From Methanobacteriota archaeon (GTDB taxonomy: Archaea > Thermoplasmatota > Poseidoniia > Poseidoniales > Poseidoniaceae): 64,000 nt of DNA. The stretch lies in the NCBI GenBank assembly GCA_018650165.1, contig JABIGM010000035.1, forward strand, positions 1-64,000, read 5' to 3'. A model generated the notes under the pieces. It saw nothing but the letters and a program-made list of their open reading frames with translations, made no database searches and had not been told where the DNA came from. Positions 1 through 9,203 of the stretch are shown piece by piece (position 1 is the stretch's first letter; every line of letters begins with the position of its first letter). A program made the translations under genes and the position numbers.

Positions 1-65
1 CTGAACACCCATTGTACTTCTCCATAATGTCTTGAGGGGTTTGATAGAACCCTTGCGGTTTCATG
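1..65 (+). repeat. Partial, diverged copy of the intergenic module (5' part lies outside the window)
   Basis: Bases 1-12 CTGAACACCCAT match CCGAATACCCAT at 2341-2352 (10/12). GGGGTTTGATAG at 36 lies in the same register (+35) as GGCCTTTCAGTG at 2376. Confidence 0.5.
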
Positions 66-198
66 GAAATGATATGTCGGTTGTCTGTAGCAACCCATTA
101 GAGGCGTTGTGAATTTTTGCTCAAAATTTGAGGGTCTTCTGTTCAGGCCCTTGTGTATCCCGACCAAACTATATGTTGTGGGCCCTAAATTAAGTTCC

Positions 199-819
199 AT
201 GGGGGGCTCTGATTCACCGCCACCCACAATAATCATTGAAGTTGATGTTGAACAAGATACAGGTCTTCAGAACAATCTTCCAAAAAGTTCCAAAGTCAAG
301 ATTGAACTATTGGGGGCAATTATTGGTTTGGCATTGTTCATCTTCGGCGTAGTTATGTGGTTAAATGGATTGTATGATGAGGGATTCTGGCTAGCGATTA
401 TCGGATTTTTCATTATATTTCTTTTGCCAATCCATTGGGCTGCAAAGAAAGTTTTCTTCGAGAAAATTGTTAATGTGGAAATTGCGAGTAATGAGGTGGA
501 TGACAGAACTCAACCAGAAATCAAAAAAATGCATAAATCCATATTTTTGACAGGAATGGTATTGTTAATGTTTGGAGGGATCTTCAATGACGTATTAGAC
601 CATGGATATAAGATGAATGAAGGCTTTTTTGTTCCAGTATGTATGGGTTACTTCATGGTGATATTTTCTGGATTATTGGTGAAAAATAATAACTACTTCG
701 GAAGAATAATGAAATGGGGAATGAAAATCTTCATTACAATATTTATTCCTGTCATGGTGATATTTTTCGTACTTGATTTGTTGTCAATTGGACCCAGCGA
801 GTATCACTTCTTCTTGTAA
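199..819 (+). CDS. Hypothetical multi-pass membrane protein
   Basis: ORF 109..819 (GTG); ATG at 199 is an alternative start. About five hydrophobic helices; AT-rich; no family recognised. Confidence 0.7.
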   Translation: MGGSDSPPPTIIIEVDVEQDTGLQNNLPKSSKVKIELLGAIIGLALFIFGVVMWLNGLYDEGFWLAIIGFFIIFLLPIHWAAKKVFFEKIVNVEIASNEVDDRTQPEIKKMHKSIFLTGMVLLMFGGIFNDVLDHGYKMNEGFFVPVCMGYFMVIFSGLLVKNNNYFGRIMKWGMKIFITIFIPVMVIFFVLDLLSIGPSEYHFFL

Positions 820-913
820 TATCAAGGGTAGAAGCAGAAAACCGGTTGAATTTTATGAACAATACAAAGGGTCTGTTGGATGCATCAAGTTGCAACCATC
901 AACCAACCAACTC

Positions 914-1001
914 GGATGTGTTGCAAGGGTCTATCCGAAACCCCATCCAACTGAATATGGTAGTTTGATGGGCTTTCAGTGGGTCAGTTTGCTCGCTACC
1001 C
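914..1001 (+). repeat. Intergenic module copy 1 (probable upstream regulatory/promoter module)
   Basis: Ungapped alignment to 2320..2407 (offset 1406). Shares GCAAGGGTCTATCCGAA (17/17), GG(G/C)CTTTCAGTG(G/C)GTC (14/16) and GCTACCC; 56/79 identical over 923..1001 by manual count. Confidence 0.85.
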
Positions 1002-1095
1002 ATCCGAATGGGGGCGTTACATAGGGCCCCCTTCCGAAAACACAGATTATCAATTGAAACTACCTTGTTGCCGGAATCAATATTATCATCACCTA

Positions 1096-2265
1096 ATGAG
1101 TCGGATATCTATGCGAGCCAATGTGTTGCTGATTGCAATTTTCATTCAAGTACCTGCTTTTTTCTTCAGCATTCCAGCCCAAGCTCAGTTGAATGAACCA
1201 GAGATAGAATTAGACTGCGGTTACGAGGGCACTTCATATCCCTTTGAATACACATATGGAGTTGGAATGGATTATCACACACCGATAGTGTGTGGAATTG
1301 AAAATCCGAACAGTTATGTTGTAGAGATTGAGATATCGTGGACTTGGCAATGGCAAGTGGAATTAACCGATGAAGACGGTGATGCCATTGATGAAACCCA
1401 GCAAATTGATGCAAATGGTAATTTGACTATATTGTTAGAAATATCGAGTCCCCACTTACAAAAAATAGGCGATTATGAAATAGGTGTTGCTGCAATCGTA
1501 AAAAAATATGGAACTGGACAAAATGCAATGACCGATTGCTCTAATTGTGAAGAAGAATCTACTACTGAAACAGTTGTTATACACCCATACTACTTTTACT
1601 CACGAGAACTAGTAGATACACATCAATGGAGAGATGGATGGAAGAATGACGATTGGTCTTATACAGCCGATGAGCAGAAAGATCTGCCAGGAACTTATCC
1701 TGATTGTCCACAAGGACTCTTTTGGAGCGTGTTTGAATTCACAATACAGGCTAATCATGATGGCTATTTCGTAGTTGAGGCTTGGATGGGAGAAGAACAT
1801 GAAGCTTGGTTACTCGATTCAGATGGTAGCAAACTTTCGTTAGACCCGCAGATAAGATATGAAACTGGCGACACAGTCTCCTTCAAGATAAAATTTGAAT
1901 GGAATATGACTAGCATCATTGAATCTCACTCAACATATGAATTAGATCATTATTCAATTTATTTCTGGTGGAATGGATACGCTGAGATGGATAACAAACA
2001 ATACTCTAGCATTAGAACATACCATCCTAATCATGAACACGAGATAATATTGGGTAGCGGTAATGTGTGGAGAGATATTACTCCTTCCGGAAGTGGAGGT
2101 TACCTTCAGGAAATGTCTGCAATGCCATGCTGGGGTGTTGAAGATATAGAAAATGCCGAGGATACTAATGTTAATGCGGAATCGAATGAAGTCCCAGCGC
2201 TATCCTTCCCTAGCATGATTATGATAATCTTGCTGAGTGTTATATTGATACGGAGAAATGGATGA
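1096..2265 (+). CDS. Secreted acidic cell-surface protein with C-terminal sorting-signal-like anchor
   Basis: Signal-peptide-like N-terminus ending ...FSIPAQA (ATG 1096 or 1111, inside ORF 979..2265). Acidic beta-rich body. C-terminus VPALSFPSMIMIILLSVILIRRNG = motif, TM helix and basic residues. Confidence 0.75.
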   Translation: MSRISMRANVLLIAIFIQVPAFFFSIPAQAQLNEPEIELDCGYEGTSYPFEYTYGVGMDYHTPIVCGIENPNSYVVEIEISWTWQWQVELTDEDGDAIDETQQIDANGNLTILLEISSPHLQKIGDYEIGVAAIVKKYGTGQNAMTDCSNCEEESTTETVVIHPYYFYSRELVDTHQWRDGWKNDDWSYTADEQKDLPGTYPDCPQGLFWSVFEFTIQANHDGYFVVEAWMGEEHEAWLLDSDGSKLSLDPQIRYETGDTVSFKIKFEWNMTSIIESHSTYELDHYSIYFWWNGYAEMDNKQYSSIRTYHPNHEHEIILGSGNVWRDITPSGSGGYLQEMSAMPCWGVEDIENAEDTNVNAESNEVPALSFPSMIMIILLSVILIRRNG

Positions 2266-2319
2266 AATGAGAGTGACCATAAGAAACCGGAAATTCCAGA
2301 CTATCGAATAATCAATTAT

Positions 2320-2407
2320 GGATCGTTCGCAAGGGTCTATCCGAATACCCATAAAAACGGATATTGAATTTCAAAGGCCTTTCAGTGCGTCCTTCGATAG
2401 GCTACCC
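2320..2407 (+). repeat. Intergenic module copy 2
   Basis: See copy 1. No downstream + strand gene; it abuts the 3' end of the convergent pseudouridine synthase. Confidence 0.85.
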
Positions 2408-2420
2408 TCTGCTCTGGATA

Positions 2421-3182
2421 TCAATTTGAGATGAAATGATCGATATCTTCACGCGTAACTGTACAAAATGCTCCAGGTTCCAGATTATAGTCATCCAGCA
2501 CCATTCCTTCGGTTGACAATCGATGTAAATGAGTCACATGGTTCCCCAGGGTCGTAAACATTCTACGGATTTGCCTTTTCTTGCCCTCATCAATGGTCAA
2601 AATAGCACTTGTTGCATGTTCCAATTCAATGGTTGCAGGTCGAGTTTTGAACTCTTCTAATGAACCGTATTCAGTGACGGACACTTCTACACCTTGTCGA
2701 ATTGATTCAAGTTGAGATTCAGAAATTTCCTCTTTCGTATTCACGCGATAGGTTTTCTTAATTTTCTTATTCGGGTCGGTTACAGAATGGACTAATTTGC
2801 CATCAGTAGTAACCAAGAGTAGTCCAGTTGTGTCTTCATCAAGTCGACCGACGGTTACTAACGATTCATAGATCGAAGGCTCTACTGCATCGCGAAAAAT
2901 CTCATAGACAGAATGTTTGTGGTGCTCGCGTTCTTGTGAATTAAGTCGGGAACAAATACACCCAGAGGGCTTGTTGAGAAGAAAATAAACATCATTTTTA
3001 GGTAGAAACAACTCCTTGCCCCGGTACTTGACGGTACGCTTCGCAGGATTGAACTCATAGGCGATATGTTTCACAATCGAATCATTGACTGTAACATCGC
3101 CACTCCAAATGGCTTGCTTTACATCCCCTTTAGATGAAAATGCTCCACATTTTGAAAGAAATTGATGAAGTCGAAGTTTCAT
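2421..3182 (-). CDS. RsuA/RluB-family rRNA pseudouridine synthase with S4 domain
   Basis: MKLRLHQFLSKCG (S4-like start, ATG 3182), LLNKPSG, catalytic VGRLDEDTTGLLL, EGKKRQIRRMF, LHRL. Confidence 0.92.
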   Translation of the reverse strand: MKLRLHQFLSKCGAFSSKGDVKQAIWSGDVTVNDSIVKHIAYEFNPAKRTVKYRGKELFLPKNDVYFLLNKPSGCICSRLNSQEREHHKHSVYEIFRDAVEPSIYESLVTVGRLDEDTTGLLLVTTDGKLVHSVTDPNKKIKKTYRVNTKEEISESQLESIRQGVEVSVTEYGSLEEFKTRPATIELEHATSAILTIDEGKKRQIRRMFTTLGNHVTHLHRLSTEGMVLDDYNLEPGAFCTVTREDIDHFISN

Positions 3183-3391
3183 TTTACTTCCCTCGATTGC
3201 AGGTGTATGCATGTTGTTTTTTCACCAGTTTCTAGAGCCCTAATCCTTTCGTAAAGTTCAGTCTTAGTTTCAGGTTCGCCGTGTGAGTAATTCAGTCGAA
3301 ATACATCTGCTCCCGCATTGAATAGAGATGCTAGATTATCTGGGTCCCAAGATGCTGGGCCTACAGTAGCAACTACACGGGTTCTTCTCAT
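3179..3391 (-). pseudogene. pyk: Truncated pyruvate kinase (N-terminal ~62 aa only)
   Basis: MRRTRVVATVGPAS...AGADVFRLNYSHG is the canonical PK N-terminus. Similarity ends at TTCI, before the expected DLxGPKxR motif. The stop overlaps the next ATG. Confidence 0.8.
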
Positions 3392-3525
3392 GAATCACTT
3401 ACGGGGCAAAGAAGACTAAAGGCCTCTCTATGTAATCTCCATATTTCACCGGATTCCGGTTCCATATGCTAAGAATTCAAGGGTGCCCATTGTTTCGGTG
3501 TTTGATGTCATCATCCCTTCCATAG

Positions 3526-4173
3526 TTAATCTTCAGCGTTCTGAATCAAATTAACATTCAGGTGAAATCCACTTTCAGGGATTTGATTTTTGGATTGGTA
3601 CATATTTGCTAAAACTACCGCTAGTCCTATGAAAAAGATCCCACACATTGACGAAGTGAAGACTGAAGTTTTTGCAATCCAAGAATAATCCCCACCACCT
3701 GGCACACTGTCCATGTAACTGGCCACAATGTCTGATGCAATGTAAGATGTCCAGACATCTCCAACGACTTTTGTTACACCAAATGCTATTCCAATTTGCA
3801 TCATCTTTTCGTGTTGTATCCAGAACATAACTATTGCTGGAACTCCAATAATTACGGCTAGGCCTGCAAATATTTGGGTCACTTCAGTTACATGAGAATC
3901 TTCTAAATCATTCATCATTGTAAGATATGACTGATAGTCATCCCACTCTTGAATGGAATAATTGTATTGGCGCTGTTCTTCATCAGTTCCGTTAACTGGA
4001 TATTCCCCCGGGTTATCAGGTTCATTTCCAAATGAATAGTGGTTTATTCCATTGATTCCAAATACTTCCAAATAGAATAAATTAGCAATTGAAAGCAGTA
4101 CAATTGCTCCAAGGATTATCGCGAAACCACGTGCCCACCAAGGGCTGTGTTCATTTATCGAATCAAGATCCAT
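3526..4173 (-). CDS. Hypothetical membrane protein with acidic extracellular loop
   Basis: ORF 3526..4206; ATG at 4173 avoids the pheS overlap. About four TM helices. Confidence 0.7.
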   Translation of the reverse strand: MDLDSINEHSPWWARGFAIILGAIVLLSIANLFYLEVFGINGINHYSFGNEPDNPGEYPVNGTDEEQRQYNYSIQEWDDYQSYLTMMNDLEDSHVTEVTQIFAGLAVIIGVPAIVMFWIQHEKMMQIGIAFGVTKVVGDVWTSYIASDIVASYMDSVPGGGDYSWIAKTSVFTSSMCGIFFIGLAVVLANMYQSKNQIPESGFHLNVNLIQNAED

Positions 4174-4178
4174 AAGAC

Positions 4179-5639
4179 TCACAAAATTGGTTGATTTCGT
4201 AACCACTCTAAATCTGAAATATACAACTGTCTGATATCATCTAGACCAAGAACTAACATTGCAAGTCTTTCCAAACCCATTCCCCATGCACAAACAGGGT
4301 CTTTGATCCCAAGGGGCTCTGTTACTTCTGGCCTAAATATACCGGCTCCGCCTAATTCAAGCCACTTTCCTCGCCACTTGACTTCGATTTCGAGAGAAGG
4401 TTCTGTGTATGGGAAGTATGCCGGCCTAACTCTTACTTCGGGATAGCCCATTTTTGCATAAAATGTTTTCAAAGTGCTAACTAGCATCCCTAAATTAGCC
4501 CCAGGTTCCATAATAATTCCCTCGATTTGGTGGAATTCCGGCAAGTGTGTGCGGTCAATACTTTCCTTACGAAATACTCTGTCGATTGCGAAAACACGGC
4601 AAGGATTTGTGGGATTTTTAGCAAGATATTGAATCGTGTTTACTGTGGTGTGGGTGCGTAGTAGTCCGCGTTTCGAGATATCTTCACTGAATTGTCCGCC
4701 CCATCCGGTAGATTCAGTGTCGCCCCCATGCTCATGAATTGCTTTCCAATTAGTCAAGAGTTTAGGGTCTAGTTGAATTTGTTTTGGATTTTCCAGATAG
4801 AATGTATCTTGCATCTCACGCGCAGGATGGTCTTGTGGTATGAACAGTGCATCCATATTCCATCCGGCAGTTTGAACATAATCATCTACTAGTTCAGAGA
4901 ACCCCATTTCGAGGAATATTGAACGGATTCTTTCGATTAAAGCTTGCATTGGGTGACTGCGGCCCGAACGTGGCACCGCGGCTTCTAGTGACACATCATA
5001 AGGTCGGAATTGTGCATTCTTCCAGTCATCACCCTGTAGTAATTCAGGTGTAATTTCTGCGATTTGGACTACTTCTTCTAATTCCTCTTTTGGAACTTTG
5101 ATTCCACTAGCGGATATTTTCCAAGTGAGTTTCACCATTTCAACAACTTCAATCAAATTCTTTCGTCCCTTGAAGTGCTCGAATAATTCATGCTCAATAG
5201 TTGGTGATTGGATAAATGCTGTGCGCTGTTCAATTGCATTGCTTACGGAATCAGAATCATCGCAACCAAAAGAACCACCCTGGATTGAAACTCCTAATCC
5301 TTTGAGCAATCCGATGCCCGGTCCTGCTTCATGACGTTCAAACGTTGAAGACAAATCACCCATTGTTGCAGACGGGTTTGCTTGAATATAATCCCATAAT
5401 CGTGCTTCAAGAAGTCCACCTTCAGAGGCTTTTTGTCCTTCAACTCCAAGAATAACTTCGGTCGTACTAGATTCTGCAATCGTTAGAAAACCATGGTTAG
5501 AAAGTCCATGGCCAGCAGAAACAGCAATTGCTTGGTCATCCCAATTACATGCCGAAAGAATCTCTTCTAATGACCACCCATCATGGCGGTTTTGAAGAGC
5601 GCGAAGCATTCTCCGTTCCGGGTTTGTTAACTCCGCCAT
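4179..5639 (-). CDS. pheS: Phenylalanine--tRNA ligase alpha subunit (archaeal long form)
   Basis: HPAREMQDTFY, LLRTHTT, VFRKESIDRTHLPEFHQIEG, YFPYTEPSLE, GMGLERLAM; N-terminal wHTH extension. Confidence 0.98.
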   Translation of the reverse strand: MAELTNPERRMLRALQNRHDGWSLEEILSACNWDDQAIAVSAGHGLSNHGFLTIAESSTTEVILGVEGQKASEGGLLEARLWDYIQANPSATMGDLSSTFERHEAGPGIGLLKGLGVSIQGGSFGCDDSDSVSNAIEQRTAFIQSPTIEHELFEHFKGRKNLIEVVEMVKLTWKISASGIKVPKEELEEVVQIAEITPELLQGDDWKNAQFRPYDVSLEAAVPRSGRSHPMQALIERIRSIFLEMGFSELVDDYVQTAGWNMDALFIPQDHPAREMQDTFYLENPKQIQLDPKLLTNWKAIHEHGGDTESTGWGGQFSEDISKRGLLRTHTTVNTIQYLAKNPTNPCRVFAIDRVFRKESIDRTHLPEFHQIEGIIMEPGANLGMLVSTLKTFYAKMGYPEVRVRPAYFPYTEPSLEIEVKWRGKWLELGGAGIFRPEVTEPLGIKDPVCAWGMGLERLAMLVLGLDDIRQLYISDLEWLRNQPIL

Positions 5640-5761
5640 GATGTGTCGTGGTGCAAATAGGTCTTGAATACCTTGGCTATCTCATGTATTTAGGCGCTAA
5701 ATACCGAGTGTTAGGTTCGAACGAAGTTTTGCAAATGGCGTACTGAAAGCCACAATTCAAG

Positions 5762-5834
5762 AGCCAACGGAGGGACTCGAACCCTCGACCGTCGGATTAC
5801 AAATCCGAAGCACTACCAGCTATGCTACGTTGGC
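5762..5834 (-). tRNA. tRNA-Thr (anticodon UGU), intronless, CCA not encoded
   Basis: Reverse complement GCCAACG-TAGCATAGCTGGTAGTGC-TTCGGA-TT-TGT-AA-TCCGA-CGGTC-GAGGGTTCGAGTCCCTC-CGTTGGC-T. Acceptor, anticodon and T stems all pair; U73 discriminator. Confidence 0.96.
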
Positions 5835-5907
5835 GCAGACTGGCCGAGACACATTCGCTTGATGAATGCGTCGGCAGGTCAATATCCTCCAACACGGTGC
5901 GTAATCT

Positions 5908-7185
5908 ATGGCTGGAGAGCACATGTTGAACGCTGCAGGCATTGCGAAGCAAGGTAGTGACACCATCTTCAGTTGGTGGGCAAGGTACCAAGCAGCCAAG
6001 GCCGATGGGCGCGATGCAGTTAACGGAACAATTGGCGCATTGTTAGAAGATGATGGAACGCTTGCAATTAACAGAGTTGTAGATGCAGCAATCAGAGTAG
6101 CTCCTGAAGTAGAAATTTCGGCATACGCTCCACTGGCCGGTCTACCTTCGTTTCTTGATCTCTCAAAGACATTAGCTTTTGGAGAAACTCGAACATGTTT
6201 TGAGGAATTAGGTTTTAGTTTTGCAGCGACAGCAACTCCTGGTGGAAGTGGAGCACTTTACCTTGCAGCAAACAATTTCCTAGAGCGTGGTCAATCTGTA
6301 TTGCTGCGCGACCGCCATTGGGGCCCATACAATGGATTCCTACGGAACAATGGAATAGATTTCGTAACCTGGCCTTTACTACCTCCTAATGGGCATGATA
6401 TTCATCCATATTTTGCTGAGGCTGAATTTGAAACCAAATTGGAAGAAATCTGTAGTGTTCAGGATAAGGTGATGGTTTGGCTAAATGATCCGGCTCACAA
6501 TCCTACGGGACTATCGATGGGTGACGAAGGCCGTGCTGCATGTTTGTCTTCGTTTGTAACATCGGCAATAAATAATGAAGAAATTGGACATACGCTACTA
6601 ATTGATTCTGCTTACTCGCTATACGCAGATGAACCTCACGCTTGGGGAGAAACAATTCTGGAGGCGGTTGAATCAGGAATGCCTTGGCCAGAAAACTTTC
6701 TAATTTGTGTAGCAATTTCACTTTCGAAATCACATACAATTTACGGCCTTAGAACAGGTGCATTGGTGAGTATACATCCGGAAAAAGAAGTAATTGACAG
6801 ACTTGACACTGTGATGAGCGTAACTGGTCGACAAACTTGGAGCGCTGCTCCAAGGGTTGCTCAATATTGTGTGAGCGAAATGCATTCTTCAGAAGAAGGT
6901 GGTAAAGCATGGGGCCAAGAGAGAGACCGGTTGAAGCAACTGCTAGATGTTCGAAGAAGCAATCTCAAAGCAGAATGTGAACGTCTAAATGTCCCGCTGA
7001 ATCCAACAATGGATGGATTCTTTGCATGGATTGAGAGCGACGATCCTACTGCTGTGGCAGAATCATGTGCACAAATGGATGTCTATCTGGTTCCATTAAC
7101 CGGTGGAGTTAGAATTGGACTTTGTGCATTATCGGCTGGAGATATGACAAAAGTAGCAGAAGCTTTAGCAAATGCACTGGGTTGA
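5908..7185 (+). CDS. PLP-dependent aminotransferase class I/II (AspC/TyrB-like)
   Basis: NGTIG, ATPGGSGAL, HNPTG, DSAY, SLSKSHTIYGLRTG (PLP lysine). Confidence 0.88.
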   Translation: MAGEHMLNAAGIAKQGSDTIFSWWARYQAAKADGRDAVNGTIGALLEDDGTLAINRVVDAAIRVAPEVEISAYAPLAGLPSFLDLSKTLAFGETRTCFEELGFSFAATATPGGSGALYLAANNFLERGQSVLLRDRHWGPYNGFLRNNGIDFVTWPLLPPNGHDIHPYFAEAEFETKLEEICSVQDKVMVWLNDPAHNPTGLSMGDEGRAACLSSFVTSAINNEEIGHTLLIDSAYSLYADEPHAWGETILEAVESGMPWPENFLICVAISLSKSHTIYGLRTGALVSIHPEKEVIDRLDTVMSVTGRQTWSAAPRVAQYCVSEMHSSEEGGKAWGQERDRLKQLLDVRRSNLKAECERLNVPLNPTMDGFFAWIESDDPTAVAESCAQMDVYLVPLTGGVRIGLCALSAGDMTKVAEALANALG

Positions 7186-7189
7186 TAGG

Positions 7190-7567
7190 ATGAAGAATCG
7201 TCGAGAAAACTTCCTGATTTCAGGTATTGTGCTAATCATACTCGGTGCACTTTTTTCATTAGCAGTAAATATTGCAATGGGGGGGGTTTTAGGTTTGAGC
7301 GGGATTATCTGTTTTTTTATCGGAATGTCAACCCCTACCGAATTAGAACTAAGTCCAGAGGCGGTTGCTGCTTGGGAACCCTCTATGGAGCGATTACCTG
7401 ATGCGGGGAGGTTCATGTATCGGGTTGATGTTACTATGGATGAGCCAATTAAAACCACTATTTTGTGTGGGCCATGCGGTAATTTAGAAACTGTTGATGG
7501 GCCAAGGCCTGAACAATACACCTGCTCGTCTTGTGACCGTAATCTCTGGAGTCTTGAAGAAGAGTGA
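7190..7567 (+). CDS. Small two-TM membrane protein with C-terminal Zn ribbon
   Basis: Two hydrophobic helices followed by CGPC...CSSC; ATG 7190 is just after the upstream stop. Confidence 0.75.
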   Translation: MKNRRENFLISGIVLIILGALFSLAVNIAMGGVLGLSGIICFFIGMSTPTELELSPEAVAAWEPSMERLPDAGRFMYRVDVTMDEPIKTTILCGPCGNLETVDGPRPEQYTCSSCDRNLWSLEEE

Positions 7568-7620
7568 TAGGAATCTTGTAAATGCACAAGCCTCATCACC
7601 GTTGGTCTGCTCGCAGTAGC

Positions 7621-8487
7621 ATGGCAGCAATTCGCTTGGACGGAAAGGCCTGTGCGGCTGACCTTGAAGAGAGGCTAAAACAGCGAATTGTCAATTGCAC
7701 TATCCAACCGCATCTTGCTGTTGTGATTGTTGGCAATGACCCTGCATCTCATGTTTACGTGCGAAATAAAATAAAATCTTGCGAGAGGTTGGGAATCAAG
7801 TCGTCTCACATTGAACTTCCTGCAGAAACATCTCAAGATGAAGTTGTAAAAACAATTCTTGCTTTGAATGGTGATGACAGTTTACATGGTATTCTAATAC
7901 AATCTCCATTGCCATCGCATATGGATGAAGAGTCATTGACTGATTTGATTGACCCAAAGAAGGATGTTGATGGTTTTCATCCAGTAAATCTTGGCCGAAT
8001 TGTTCAAGGTAGACTGGATGGAATGATTCCCTGTACACCGGCAGGGGTTATGGAAATGCTAAGATGGTCCAAGGTAGAAATGTCGGGCAAGAAAGCAGTA
8101 GTGATCGGTCGTTCATTCAATGTCGGAATGCCGCAAGCGCTTCTATTGGCTGCCAAAGGAGCTGATGCAACTGTAACTATTGTCCATTCAAGAACAAAGG
8201 ATGCAAAAGCAGAATGCTTGACAGCGGATATTGTAATTGCCGCAGTCGGTCGCCCTGAGATGGTGACGTCGGATTGGATTAAACCAGGTGCTGTTGTCGT
8301 CGATGTTGGAATTAACCGAATAGATGATTCTACTCGTGAAAGAGGATGGAGATTAGCAGGAGACGTCCATCCTGATGTCGCAGAAGTTGCCTCACTGTTA
8401 TCCCCGGTTCCGGGTGGAGTTGGTCCAATGACTGTTGCTATGCTAATGGCTAACACTGTAACAGCCACAGAAGGCCAACATTCTTGA
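7621..8487 (+). CDS. folD: Bifunctional methylenetetrahydrofolate dehydrogenase/cyclohydrolase
   Basis: YVRNK, KDVDGFHPVN, PCTPAG, VIGRS, VVVDVGIN, PVPGGVGPMTVAML. Confidence 0.97.
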   Translation: MAAIRLDGKACAADLEERLKQRIVNCTIQPHLAVVIVGNDPASHVYVRNKIKSCERLGIKSSHIELPAETSQDEVVKTILALNGDDSLHGILIQSPLPSHMDEESLTDLIDPKKDVDGFHPVNLGRIVQGRLDGMIPCTPAGVMEMLRWSKVEMSGKKAVVIGRSFNVGMPQALLLAAKGADATVTIVHSRTKDAKAECLTADIVIAAVGRPEMVTSDWIKPGAVVVDVGINRIDDSTRERGWRLAGDVHPDVAEVASLLSPVPGGVGPMTVAMLMANTVTATEGQHS

Positions 8488-9188
8488 GTTCGAGACTCCG
8501 GTCTGTCACCATGGACCCGAGACACCCCACCGTTGCATTCGCTGCCAACACAGTTGCGCTTGTACTAGGAGTCGGGATACTTTTCTCAGTATTTTTACCA
8601 GTTGGCACCCCTACAGGATGGGGTATTATCGAAACTATTCTTGCGTTATTAGTTACGACAAGTTTTGCAGTTTCTTGGTGGGCTAAAAAAGAGCATACCG
8701 TGCTAGTAGTCCATGCTCACGGCAGTTCAAGTGAGCAATATGAAGCAATGGAGGATTTACCCACCATGGTTAACCTCGATAGTGCTGCTGACTCTGTAAA
8801 TCCCAATACTGCCGCAGTAATTGCATCAATTGTTGGAAGTACATCCACCCAAGAGGAAACTGCTGTTTCTAATGCGATTGACACCCTCTCCTCTGGAGAA
8901 ATAGGGGCTAGTGCCGCAGCAGCAGTAGCGCACAACGATGTAGACCACACCAAAGTGAATTTAGAAACATTTGACGTAAGAGGTTTCCAAACACAGGGTG
9001 TTGATTCCATACCGCTTCCAGGTATTGAAGAATTAGAGACTCCTTTAATCCCTAAATTGGAACTTCCAGACTCCCCTTCCAGTATAGATTTACCAGAAAT
9101 GCCAGACCTTGATAGTTTACTGAATGATGATGTTGAACCTACGGTTCTCCCTCCACTTGATTTACCTGATTTACCTGATTTACCTTAA
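8484..9188 (+). CDS. Hypothetical membrane-anchored protein with acidic Pro/Leu/Asp-rich tail
   Basis: Two N-terminal TM helices; tail LPEMPDLD...LDLPDLPDLP; 4-nt overlap with folD. Confidence 0.7.
   Translation: MSSRLRSVTMDPRHPTVAFAANTVALVLGVGILFSVFLPVGTPTGWGIIETILALLVTTSFAVSWWAKKEHTVLVVHAHGSSSEQYEAMEDLPTMVNLDSAADSVNPNTAAVIASIVGSTSTQEETAVSNAIDTLSSGEIGASAAAAVAHNDVDHTKVNLETFDVRGFQTQGVDSIPLPGIEELETPLIPKLELPDSPSSIDLPEMPDLDSLLNDDVEPTVLPPLDLPDLPDLP
9159..9185 (+). repeat. Perfect 9-bp tandem repeat (GATTTACCT)x3 encoding DLP x3
   Basis: Read directly, immediately before TAA 9186-9188. Confidence 0.95.
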
Positions 9189-9203
9189 TTTTGAGTGATC
9201 TGA

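Noticed and set aside
773-1196. ORFs 773..1024 and 1008..1196
   Set aside because: They overlap real genes and the repeat module, have no protein-like features, and the equivalent frame in repeat copy 2 hits a stop
914-2407. CRISPR array or integron attC interpretation of the repeats
   Set aside because: Only 2-3 diverged copies separated by whole genes; no constant spacer length, no RYYYAAC/GTTRRRY ends, and no cas gene or integrase in the window
3100-3181. Possible stop read-through or frameshift restoring full pyruvate kinase
   Set aside because: Translation past the TGA and in the other frames shows no PK motifs; the sequence is RsuA coding
5640-5907. tRNA-Thr as an integration site for a mobile element
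   Set aside because: No duplicated tRNA 3' end and no integrase seen; flanked by housekeeping genes
8004-8525. Long antisense ORFs (also 13796..14356, 18559..19041, 27590..28117, 30636..31028, 47504..47992, 56578..57318)
   Set aside because: Shadows of well-supported genes on the opposite strand or in another frame; Ser/Thr/Ile-rich composition typical of antisense frames, no motifs
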